Below, piece by piece: positions 22,068 to 32,211 of a DNA stretch of 64,000 nucleotides. Location of the stretch: NCBI GenBank assembly GCA_963765895.1, contig CAVXZB010000084.1, positions 1-64,000 on the forward strand, written 5' to 3'. Source of the stretch: an uncultured Nitrososphaeraceae archaeon (GTDB lineage: Archaea; Thermoproteota; Nitrososphaeria; Nitrososphaerales; Nitrososphaeraceae). Numbering within the stretch: position 1 is the first letter of the stretch; each line of letters opens with the position of its first letter. The notes under the pieces were generated by a model that searched no databases, was not told the origin of the DNA, and was given only the letters and a program-made list of their open reading frames with translations. The position numbers and the translations under genes were made by a program.

Positions 22068-22817
22068 TCAAGTTTGAGAGTTTAAGAATGGTTGCTCATT
22101 TGAAACTTCCCTAGGTGGGATTAGGATGGTAAAGTTCACATCTTCTGAAAAATTTGAACTGAAATAGTTGTTGTTGGTTTTCTCATTCTCAGTTCTAGGA
22201 TAAAGCTGCGAATTAGATATATTAATTGAAATATTTATTGGTCCTGGGATTGGGAATTTAACTATTTGTATGCCTGTTCCAATTGGAGCTTTTTGATTTT
22301 TTACATCCTTTATTGTCAGATTAGCAGAAGATAATATTATTACTTTAAAAGAATAATCGATTTGTTTTACCTCCAAGTTCGTTTTATAATTTAGAAACTT
22401 TATCATAAAGATAGTATCTCTTCCTTCCTTTAGGTCTACAGGATTCCAACTTAGTTCCACATTATATAAACTATCATTACTCTTTTTGGTTATTGATGAT
22501 AATTGGTTTCTGTTTTCTAATGAAGGTACTATAATTATTCGTTAGTAGCATTCTTTTTTTCTGCAGCTTGGTTTAGATCCTGTATACTATGATAACCATA
22601 ATTTTGCTTCATCCACACAATCTTGAAGTTTTTTTGAATTACCATCCTCTGTATTAACTACTTTCGCAACATCTAGCGTACTGCGATTGACAGACGATAA
22701 TGATAACGAACAAATTAGAATAATATTCAGTATCATGGAGACGAAATTCCAAATATTATGGGTGTTATATTTGTTTCTTGATACCAATATTATAACACTG
22801 GATGGTATTACCGTCAT
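22068..22817 (-). pseudogene. Secreted or surface hypothetical protein interrupted by two in-frame stops
   Basis: ORFs 22587-22817 (TM/signal) and 22068-22460 are in the same frame, 126 nt apart. Confidence 0.5.
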
Positions 22818-23059
22818 ATTATTAGAATATATCGGTTCTATTATTAGGATAATACGAAGTTAATCCCGATATGATCACAGATTTATAAAATTGCGACAGA
22901 GTAGTTTTTTAGTCTGCATAAACGCCTAACTAACATCCTGAATACCCCGTGCTAAAGAATCTTCATATGGTTGAGCTCGTGGATTAATACAACATATTAA
23001 GTTAGCATAGGAAAAATATAAAAATAAATAATGGTAGTCGAGAAGAAATTATGGATTAG

Positions 23060-23605
23060 TCAAGGTACAATTGTAAAGGATCCAGAGGCCTTGAGCTTCT
23101 TAAATGCCTCAGTTTCGTAGTTGAATGCATCAGATAATAACTTTGAAGACAATTTATTCTCAGTAGAGTTATTTGTAGATATATAATTTCGGAAATGATT
23201 ATTACTTTGAAGCTCTGATTCAAGGCTCTTTGTATATAAATCTGTAGCATTTTGGTATTGTTTAGGAGGCTGCAAAGCTTTTGACTCTTTAACCAGATTC
23301 TGGAATTTGGGAAGATAATTATCTGTTATTGCTATAATCGTTTTATTGTTAATTTGCCCTTTAGCAAATTTCCCGGTCTCATTATGGTAACTCTGAGATA
23401 AATTATTGGCCTTCTTTACTAATTTTTCGAATGAGCTAACAAATGATGTACTATTTTGTGCAAATGATAGATGAGAGGGATTAGAAAATGTAATGATAGT
23501 AAAGGAGAGCATTATTAATAGTGATAATCCTAATATCTTCATACCGTCATTTGTCCTATGTATCCTGTATCTTACCAAGTATTGTACTGAATCGTAAAAT
23601 GACAT
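23060..23605 (-). CDS. Secreted helical-bundle hypothetical protein
   Basis: Signal-like MKILGLSLLIMLSFTIITF followed by amphipathic helices. Confidence 0.7.
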   Translation of the reverse strand: MSFYDSVQYLVRYRIHRTNDGMKILGLSLLIMLSFTIITFSNPSHLSFAQNSTSFVSSFEKLVKKANNLSQSYHNETGKFAKGQINNKTIIAITDNYLPKFQNLVKESKALQPPKQYQNATDLYTKSLESELQSNNHFRNYISTNNSTENKLSSKLLSDAFNYETEAFKKLKASGSFTIVP

Positions 23606-23637
23606 CGTAGCTTACAACTCTTGTTTACAGTTTTAAT

Positions 23638-24076
23638 TTAATGTGTCACCACTACAGGTTCAGACATTGCTGCGTTTTCTTTTCCGATGTCAGATAATGT
23701 CTTTTTGATGTGGTCCCAGAAATGTTTCTCAAACGCATGTGCCCTATAACCTGATACTGCAGCTGCAGGAATTGCAGCTACTCCGGCAGTCAGAACACCT
23801 GCTATAACTGTCGGAACGATTATATCTTTACCCCATGCACCTGTTCGTAGAATCAGATCATAATTACCCTTTGTGCCACTTATCATAACCTCTACATCAC
23901 GTACATTTCCGATTATGACACTGCCTCTACGTACCTTTATGCGCTTTTAGATCCCAATAGTTTTCTTCCTTTTCTTCGTGGATTATATCAAGTTTTTTGT
24001 CCTGTAAATATTTCTTGATTTGATCATATAGTTGGGAAACATCTACATTTTGTAGAGTAACATGTTCTTGTCTCAT
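23638..24076 (-). pseudogene. Hypothetical membrane-associated protein, frameshifted near 23940
   Basis: N-part MRQEHVTLQNVDVSQLYDQIKKY...WDLK and C-part ISGTKGNYDLILRTGAWGKD are in different frames. Confidence 0.6.
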
Positions 24077-24253
24077 TATCTCGTTATAGAAATGAGAACT
24101 ATTTAAGGAGATGGACTACAAGGCGTGCTCTACAGCGAACTGGGCTCGCTATTTCAGTATGTCATACTATGCGAGAGGCACTTTTACTTATTAACCAATT
24201 TCTGGCAAACTAGTCTTGCTGCAAGCCTATCATACGATATAAAGAACATTAAA

Positions 24254-24281
24254 ATCTGAAATCTGAAATCTGATATCTGAA
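24254..24281. repeat. 7-bp tandem repeat (ATCTGAA) x4, imperfect
   Basis: Sequence atctgaaatctgaaatctgatatctgaa. Confidence 0.8.
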
Positions 24282-25326
24282 GTACAGCTGCTTGAATTGA
24301 GTTTTGGCCTAGAAGTTAGCAAAAATAATGGCGCAAAGTCAATTCTCTAACATCGTATATATGTTCCTCATAAGTAGTATGTCTTTATAATTAAACAAGA
24401 AAATCTGCATCGACTTTTCAGATATGTTCTCTCTTCCTTCACTAATTAAGTTGTATCAGATAAGGATTCTTCTATTTATCCCAATCAACAAGCCGACAGA
24501 AATCATTGGTAGAAAATCAAATACAATAGTTGCAAGTACTGCTGTCGAATTATCAATGTAAATTAATCCTCGTTGACTTGGTGTAAACAAACTGCCAATA
24601 AACAAGACTGATATTATAATGCGCGATGTTGTTCCTATCACATATGCAAGATGAATATGTGTTCCGCCCTTTACATAAATAGAACCTGACTTTGATTCTT
24701 TCCAGAACGACAAAGCCGATTTGAATGTAAATAAGAATAATATGCTAAACCAAGAAACAATATTAAATAAGGAATAAGATATAAAATTGGAATGCCGACA
24801 TCATAAAATGAATCGAAGGCAACAATAGAACTTAATACTAAAAAGAAAATAGACTCTGCTATAATTTTTGACTTGGTTACTCTTCTCCCATATTTGGTCT
24901 ATCTGAGTCTGGTAATGATTAGACGATTAGCTCGTTACCGAATCATCGAATCCTTTTATTGTTTTTCTTCAAGAACATGTAGCGCAGAAACTTGGTTAGG
25001 CGTAAATACTGACAGGTGAAGGATATTCATGGATAGTGCTAAGCCTTCCTTTATCAGGGCATTGAAGGATAGGAAGATGAGGATACCAAATACTAGCAAT
25101 GAATATCATTATACAAGTAAGAGTATCCATCAGTATAAGATCTGCAGTTCTTACAACAGAACATGTTTGTGATTCCTGTACCATTAGTAAGGAGTACAAG
25201 AATATGCTTGCACACTGTAAGCAGATACTAGAACACAGCGATGGCACGTTATCTCATATACTCTAAAAAGTTTCAGGGATTTTATTGTTCAATTAATGTA
25301 TACACAATAATAGTAGCAGTACAAAA

Positions 25327-26052
25327 CTATGAGATTAACCAAATCAACGTTCCCAATGCTATCAGGATTACTGAGTTAACGCCTCCACTTCTTTCCTGTA
25401 GATCTTCCAGTTCATCATATAATTGCAACTTCTCTCTCACCTTTTTAGTTGCGTATTGGAAAAATGCAAGGTAGCTAGAATCATCATCTGTAATAGCCTG
25501 CTGACACTCTAACTCCAATTTATGCTCATCCAAATACTCTAATAATATTTGCTGAGATTCTGGCGTTACCCCATCAAGTTTAACAGGCAAATTATACTCA
25601 AGCCGTCGGCTAATGAGTATCATCTCGACTCGAATTTCTATGGAACGCCAATCTGTCGTCGTCACCATCAGCCTATTTTTTGCAAGCAATAGGAGAGTTG
25701 ATGTCCAAGATGACACGAAGGCGTTCAGGTTCGTTGTTACGACATCCAGTGCCGAGGCAAAGATCTGTCGCCCCATCCCAAGAGAAATGAATACAGCAGC
25801 AATTAGTATCATTAAGTTTTGAGTGAATACCATTACAATCAAAATTGCAATAACCGCAAACGATAAGCCGATTACGGCGGCGCCAAATTTAAAGTAGTTA
25901 GTCGGCTGTCCAATTAACTTGGTATTGTACTCTGCTCCTGATTTTGTTCTTTTGCGAACAAAGAATATGAATAGGCCATTGACAAATAGCAAGTTAGCAA
26001 GGTGCTTTACCATCTCTTTTATGACAAAAGTTACTCCGGAAGCATTTTGCAT
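25327..26052 (-). CDS. Multi-pass membrane hypothetical protein
   Basis: 241 aa with 3-4 hydrophobic helices. Confidence 0.55.
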   Translation of the reverse strand: MQNASGVTFVIKEMVKHLANLLFVNGLFIFFVRKRTKSGAEYNTKLIGQPTNYFKFGAAVIGLSFAVIAILIVMVFTQNLMILIAAVFISLGMGRQIFASALDVVTTNLNAFVSSWTSTLLLLAKNRLMVTTTDWRSIEIRVEMILISRRLEYNLPVKLDGVTPESQQILLEYLDEHKLELECQQAITDDDSSYLAFFQYATKKVREKLQLYDELEDLQERSGGVNSVILIALGTLIWLIS

Positions 26053-26589
26053 AATGACTTATTTTGAGTGATTCACTACTTAAAAAATGTTGTATGTAAG
26101 CATGAGATGACATATCATGGTTGAAAATCCAATCCAATCATGTCTGCTTTTCAATAATGGTTCTCTCGTCTAATAAGCAATAGTTGATAAAAGTTCTCGT
26201 GATCTTTCAACTCTATGATCTATCTTTTGACGTAGTAACTCCCTCCTTGGCAAACCCTGCTAACCATTCAAGCCCATGATTAACTTCTGTGTGTAATAAT
26301 CTCGGAAGGAGCGATCAGCTGTCGGATCTTGTTTTATAAGGATACATATGATATTATTAGAGATGGCAGAAAACTCTTCACTGAAGCACACCTTAACTGA
26401 GTTTGTCGTTGTCGATGATCCTGTTGTTACTAGGCGACCATCGAACTATTCTCAGATATCACTAGGAATACGATTATTGCATCGGAAATCAAGGGAACTA
26501 GCGATATGAAGAAGGGTGAATCCGATTTATAAATTGCCATGGATGCTCCAAATTTTCGATCAATTAAACCACAATGCGTGCCTAACGTT

Positions 26590-26796
26590 CTAAAGTAATC
26601 CCAAATCTGATCGGGAAATTTCTCTGAATCGACACCAAGTAAGATCAAGACCACAGTTGCTGCAAAATTTAGGCTTACTATAATAAACGTTACCACACCT
26701 TGAGCACTTGCATAAGATCTTGGACTCTTCGAGTAAAGTACGACGCAGACTTTTAATCATGATAATCAATGTATCAAAATCTTCATCAGTCAGCAT
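26590..26796 (-). CDS. Small double zinc-ribbon protein or fragment
   Basis: CSRCG...KFCSNCG (two CxxC motifs). Confidence 0.45.
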   Translation of the reverse strand: MLTDEDFDTLIIMIKSLRRTLLEESKILCKCSRCGNVYYSKPKFCSNCGLDLTWCRFREISRSDLGLL

Positions 26797-27283
26797 CTCA
26801 ATCCCCTCGATTTTTTTATGTCTGTCTTAGTCTCATCACCTAATAATCGGGTTGAACTTTAGTCTTTGACTTTATCCTTGACTCCACACGCTGCAACCTT
26901 CTCTGTGAAAGCATGCCTATTGAGGTTATAACGGAATTGTACTTTTGCAAGATAATCTAAAAGTGTTTTTGGTAAACTTCAACTTACAGACACTAATTTC
27001 CACATGTTCTGTCTATAATATACATGCTGCACCTTATATCCTGCCTATAACAAAACTATTGCGTTTGCATATTGGGAAGATATTGGCATTGTCTCTTGTA
27101 AAAGGTATTCTCTATTGTACTCTTTGGTGCAACCCTTTCAATGATGCTATGTCTTCAGTGTAAAAAGATAAAAATTCAGTCTAAGAGTTACTGCGTGTCA
27201 GACAGTTCTCTTTTTAAATCGGCGAGAATTTTCGTATTAGGATACGCCTTCCTTTATATAGTGTTGAATGGGTATATTTTTGA

Positions 27284-27742
27284 ATGTCATCTGGGTCTGG
27301 CGATAATCATACGACGCGTTATTCTTCCGAGCATTATGATATAGTTGGTGCAGACTTGGACTGGTTTATAATTCTAGCCACATCATGTACTATATTTTTC
27401 GGTTTTTTGCTGAAAATCGCAGTAAATCCTCCTTCATACTTTAGATTATTTGACAGCATAATCCTCTTAACAGCACTTTATGCAGTAACGGTAGCAACGA
27501 TAATGTTTTTAACACCAATTATTTATCATGTGTGTAGCTATCGTCGACTTGATGTAGAGAGATTTCTCTCGCGAACCAAACGATATGTTTTGATAGGCAT
27601 TATTTGTGTGATGGTATCTATTTACTTGATTCTGGGGTTGGTCTTGAATTCCAAGCTGCCAGTTCAGGTTGCATACAGTTTACCATCCTTGCCATTCGTT
27701 TTTATTTTGTATCGATATATAAGGTACATACGTAATAGATAG
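27284..27742 (+). CDS. Four-TM membrane protein, DUF6328-like (one repeat unit)
   Basis: IFFGFLL...P..YH motif and four hydrophobic helices. TTTATATA at 27253-27260 lies 31 nt upstream. Confidence 0.7.
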   Translation: MSSGSGDNHTTRYSSEHYDIVGADLDWFIILATSCTIFFGFLLKIAVNPPSYFRLFDSIILLTALYAVTVATIMFLTPIIYHVCSYRRLDVERFLSRTKRYVLIGIICVMVSIYLILGLVLNSKLPVQVAYSLPSLPFVFILYRYIRYIRNR

Positions 27743-28020
27743 GAAGGATAATTAATACAAAGCATATATTGTAGGAGTAGAGACAAATTAAATCATGGTA
27801 AAAATTGGTAGAGAAAACTATTATAAAATTGATTTTCTTGGATCTAGTATCGTATAGACGATTTAAATTAACAGGTGTTTAAGTGCTAGGCTACGTTTCT
27901 ATTATGAGATTTTTGATTTGACTAGGCATAGATAAATAATTATGTTAGGTATAACATACATTTTATAGAGAGACATAGTAAAATACGCTTTATATACTGA
28001 AAGTCAGTTATAGTTTCCAA

Positions 28021-28911
28021 ATGTCATCTAATTCAGATGATGATCCAGTAATGCGCTCTTCTACCGAACGTTATGATAGAGTTGGTGTCTCTTTTCGCTG
28101 GCCCCAAATATTGGCCTCAGGTTCTTCAATTTTTTTTGGCTTTCTTCTAAACATTGCAGTAAATCCTCCTTCATACTTTAGATTATTTGACAGCATAATC
28201 CTCTTAACAGCACTTTATGCAGTAACGGTAGCAACAGTAATGTTTATTCTGCCAGTAATTTATCATGCAACTAGTTATCGTCGACTTGATGTGGAGAGAT
28301 TTCTTTACAGAACCAAGCGATATGTTTTGATAGGTATTATTTGTGTAATGGTATCTATGTACCTAGGTTTGGGATTATCTTTGAATTCCAAGCTGCCAAT
28401 CCAGATAGCCTATAGTTTACCATCCTTGCCGTTCATTTTCGTTCTCCTAGAATTCTTCAGAAAGCCTTCAAATGAGTTAGTAAAAAGTTCTTCTACCGAG
28501 CATTACGACAAAATGGGCGCAGGTTTGCGCTGGTGTCAGATATTGGCCTCAGGTTCTTCAATTTTTTTTGGCTTTCTTCTAAACATTGCAGTAAATCCTC
28601 CTTCATACTTTAGATTATTTGACAGCATAATCCTCTTAACAGCACTTTATGCAGTAACGGTAGCAACAGTAATGTTTATTCTGCCAGTAATTTATCATGC
28701 AACTAGTTATCGTCGACTTGATGTGGAGAGATTTCTTTACAGAACAAAGAAACCAGTTCTGATAGGTATTATTTGCCTAACATTAACAATGTGTTTGGGT
28801 TTAGGATTAGCCTTAAATTCCAAGCTGCCAGTTCAGGTTGCATACAGTTTGGCTTCATTTCCTTCTGTCTTTATTTTATTTGAATTCTTCAAATTTAAGC
28901 ATAAGTTGTAA
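28021..28911 (+). CDS. Eight-TM membrane protein made of two tandem DUF6328-like units
   Basis: Internal 144-aa repeat. TTTATATA at 27989-27996 lies 32 nt upstream. Confidence 0.75.
   Translation: MSSNSDDDPVMRSSTERYDRVGVSFRWPQILASGSSIFFGFLLNIAVNPPSYFRLFDSIILLTALYAVTVATVMFILPVIYHATSYRRLDVERFLYRTKRYVLIGIICVMVSMYLGLGLSLNSKLPIQIAYSLPSLPFIFVLLEFFRKPSNELVKSSSTEHYDKMGAGLRWCQILASGSSIFFGFLLNIAVNPPSYFRLFDSIILLTALYAVTVATVMFILPVIYHATSYRRLDVERFLYRTKKPVLIGIICLTLTMCLGLGLALNSKLPVQVAYSLASFPSVFILFEFFKFKHKL
28108..28745 (+). repeat. Direct repeat of about 206 bp (28108-28313 and 28540-28745), with a third partial copy near 27419-27498
   Basis: The two copies read identically by eye, with a 432-bp period. Confidence 0.9.
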
Positions 28912-29049
28912 AAAGCAACCGTGTATGGACTGTCTTTACGACTGGTTTCTTCAGTATCTCGACTAAATGGCTTACCTATACTTTTGTATCAAATTATATA
29001 GTGTATGCTATCTTTAATAGCTGGAGCTACGTTGGTATAAGCGCAGGAT

Positions 29050-29451
29050 ATGATTAGCCAGCAGCAAAAACAACAACCAGAACCAGAAGCCTATAGTAAT
29101 TTTATCAATTCAATAAATAGTGATATAACTAGAAAGCAATACAATGCAAAGTTTGATTATTTTATGCAATTTTGTAACGTGGATAACCATCAAGACATGT
29201 TACTTATTTCTGAAAGCAACTTAGAAAATAGAATAAGAAACTACATAATCTATCTCAGACATGATAGAAGATTAGCCCCAGGAACAGTATACGGATACAT
29301 ATCTCCTATCGTGCACTTTTACGAAATGAACGGACTCACGCTACACTGGAAGCGACTAAAGAAATTCCAAGCAAAGAACTATAGTGTTGTAGAAGATAAA
29401 CCCTATTCGCGCGAACAAATAAAAATACTGGTAGACGCCGCGCCAAGGTAA
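29050..29451 (+). pseudogene. Tyrosine integrase N-terminal (SAM-like) domain, catalytic domain deleted
   Basis: AYSNFINSINSDITRKQY...IVHFYEMN...DKPYSREQIKILVDAA ends just before the expected catalytic Arg region. Confidence 0.8.
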
Positions 29452-31228
29452 TTGCTTAATGTACTGTACTCCTTCAGTTCATAAGAATGGAACCAGGTAC
29501 ACAATTCTGGGAACTTGTGAGCCAGCAATATTAAACGAGCTACAAACAGATGAACTTGAACAACATATTAATAGCATATGTGAAAAGCACGGCATAGATT
29601 ATCTAAACAAAAAAGATGACCGACTTCTCACTCCAATAAAAGATCTATTTCAACAGGATTATGTAATTCTAGAGGGTCACAATCGACATGAGTCATTGTT
29701 ACGAGTAATTGAATCTCTTATTCTTCGAAATCGCACTATATTTTCATTAGAAGAAATAAAAGATCTAGCCAGAGATTGGAATAGCATTCACTGCAAGCCA
29801 CCACTTGATGACAGAGAGTTTGAACGACAATGGAAGTCTGCTGTAGAATTTATTAAAAAACAAAATCTGAATTCATTATACAAACAGGCAAATCAAAACC
29901 AAAATCTTACAGGAAATTTATCTTCTGAAGAACTATCACAAGAAGATGATCCGCATTCGGCCAAAGAACTATGTAAGCAAATAATGTCTAGATGCACAGT
30001 GAGGACATTAGATGATACCGAAGAGATTCTATATTATAAAAATGGAATATACCATTCAGGTGGAGAGCAGATGATTAAGGTAGAATTAGAAAAAATAGCC
30101 GGGTATTCAATCAAAAATTATCAAAGGAACGAGATCATTGCTCATATCAAGTATAGGACTATTGTAAAACGCGAAGACTTTGATAGTGATATCAATATAA
30201 TTAATGTGAAAAATGGTTACTAGATATATTTACTGGCGAAATCAAACCACATGATCCTGAGTATTTATCACTTGTTCAATTGCCAGTAAAATATGATCCT
30301 GATGCTGTATGTCCCAATATAATCAAATTCTTAACCGCTATCCAATCAAAAAATGGTATTTCCACGATAGTTAGATTGTTCGGATATTGTATCTATAGAA
30401 GTACATGCTATCACAAAGTGGCGCTTTTTGTTGGTTTAGGGAAAAACGGTAAAAGCGTTTTAATAAAGCTGATAGAATCATTTGTAGGTCAAGAAAACGT
30501 GAGCCATGTTAATCTGCAAGAATTGACAGGTGACAGATTTGCAAGTGCTGATCTATATTGTAAATTTGTCAATACCTTTGCCGATCTGGAAGCTGGTAAA
30601 TTAACGGACACAGGAATCTTTAAAATCTTAGTCTCAGGAGACAGTATCAGAGCACAGAGAAAACATCAACAACCATTTAATTTTTGCAATTATTCTAAAT
30701 TAATATTCAGTACAAACACGATTCCAGAATCACAGGACAGGAGCTATGCATATTACAGACGATGGATAATTTTGCCTTTTGCATTATTTGATGGAGAGGA
30801 AGAAGATCCTAACTTGATAGATAAACTAACCACCGAGGAGGAGCTTTCTGGTCTTTTAAATTTGGCTGAAAGGACTTGATAAACTGATCAAGGAAGGTGG
30901 CTTTAAAGACATACCAATAGAAAAGGTAAAGGAGCAGTATGAGCACAAAGCAAGCATAGTAAAGCAATTCATCGAAGAACAATGTGTTATTAATCTAACC
31001 AATCATGACTACCTTGTACCAACTCAAAAGCTCAAGGAACTATTCAGAATGTTTTGTAAATCGAGAGGGTTAAAACCATTAAACGAAAATATATTAGGAA
31101 AGGAGTTGCTGCGATTTGGGATTTCTAAAGATCGCATCACGAAAAATAACCAAAGAGAATACTACTATGTTGGCATTATGCCAAGGGAACAATTGCAACC
31201 ACGAACTAGTACATTAATTACTGTATAG
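29452..31228 (+). pseudogene. Prim-pol tail, PriCT, D5-N, SF3 helicase and winged helix (P4/D5-type replication protein), N-truncated and frameshifted
   Basis: PSVHKNG; EGHNRH...CKPPLDDREF (PriCT); INVKNG (D5-N); Walker A GLGKNGKS; KLIFSTN; RRWIILPF. Frameshifts near 30220 and 30870. Confidence 0.85.
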
Positions 31229-31317
31229 CATTCAGACTCCATTTTGAATTGTCCTTTTCGCTATCTACTATATTCACCGTATCTTTTCTAGCTTAATTTA
31301 GGATTGTATTTTTACTC

Positions 31318-31436
31318 ATTGCCCTAGTTGCCCTAGTTGCCTACAACTTTTTAATTTTTATGACTAATATAGCTTAATTAACATAATAACACACAATAAG
31401 CTTTAGAAATAAGTTGTGAGTAGCTAGGGCAACTAA
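31318..31436. repeat. Iteron-like 9-bp repeats (TTGCCCTAG x~3) plus an inverted copy (CTAGGGCAACTA)
   Basis: ttgccctagttgccctagttgccta at ~31319-31343 and the inverted copy at ~31424-31435. Confidence 0.65.
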
Positions 31437-31473
31437 GACACTCACTAGTGACACCTCTTATTTTCATCTACCA

Positions 31474-31764
31474 TCACTCTCTTGTATGTTCTGCAGTCCC
31501 AAATTCACGGCAATTTAGTTCATTCATAACAATTTTCTCAAGGTTTCCAATTGACTCTTTTATAAATGATAAATCATTGCATAATCTGTTAAGTTCCATT
31601 TTGTTTTCTTGTTTAAGAAACGCAATTAATTTATCATCAACATATTCAGGAATTTTGTCACTGCTACGATACAACCAATGTTGAGCTTTTAATGATTTAT
31701 CGACATTTAATTCGTTTTCTTCAATTATGCTCTTTATTTGCTGAATTGATTCCGTTATTTCCAT
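31474..31764 (-). CDS. Hypothetical coiled-coil protein
   Basis: 96-aa helical ORF with an ATG start. Confidence 0.5.
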   Translation of the reverse strand: MEITESIQQIKSIIEENELNVDKSLKAQHWLYRSSDKIPEYVDDKLIAFLKQENKMELNRLCNDLSFIKESIGNLEKIVMNELNCREFGTAEHTRE

Positions 31765-32211
31765 TTCTAATCATTTACTAACTATTAAATAAATTAGTAA
31801 GTCCTTGACGTATGCATATCTATCAAAGATAAAATCACCAAATTAGTCATAATTACTGGGATAAGTCAAATATTGATTTTTCCTATATAATAAGAACAGA
31901 TCCAACATATCAAGACTTAACTGAGAATTAAGAAATTCTAATGCGACACTTGTAGCGGTGTTACTATATGACTGTATAGAAATTAGATAGAAATCTTGCC
32001 ACTATACTATAAAGATATATGAATAAATCAAAATAATGGGATTTGGCATTAAAAAGTTACTAATGAGATGCTAATCACTAGTTGTGTCGCCTAGAATTAT
32101 TTGCTATTAACGTTCAACTTACACTAAATGATCAAGAGGATAGAATTCAACGAAGAATAGTTTTGATTTTCATTTCCCAAATTTTGGGTATAAAAACTAT
32201 TAATTAATCAG

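Larger units (their letters stand above)
29050..31440 (+). mobile_element. Decayed integrative element (integrase, primase-helicase and putative ori repeats)
   Basis: Adjacent integrase N-terminus, primase/SF3 helicase and downstream iteron-like repeats. Confidence 0.75.

Noticed and set aside
28108-28745. DGR template/variable repeat pair
   Set aside because: The copies appear identical with no adenine-specific mismatches, both are coding, and there is no reverse transcriptase in the window.
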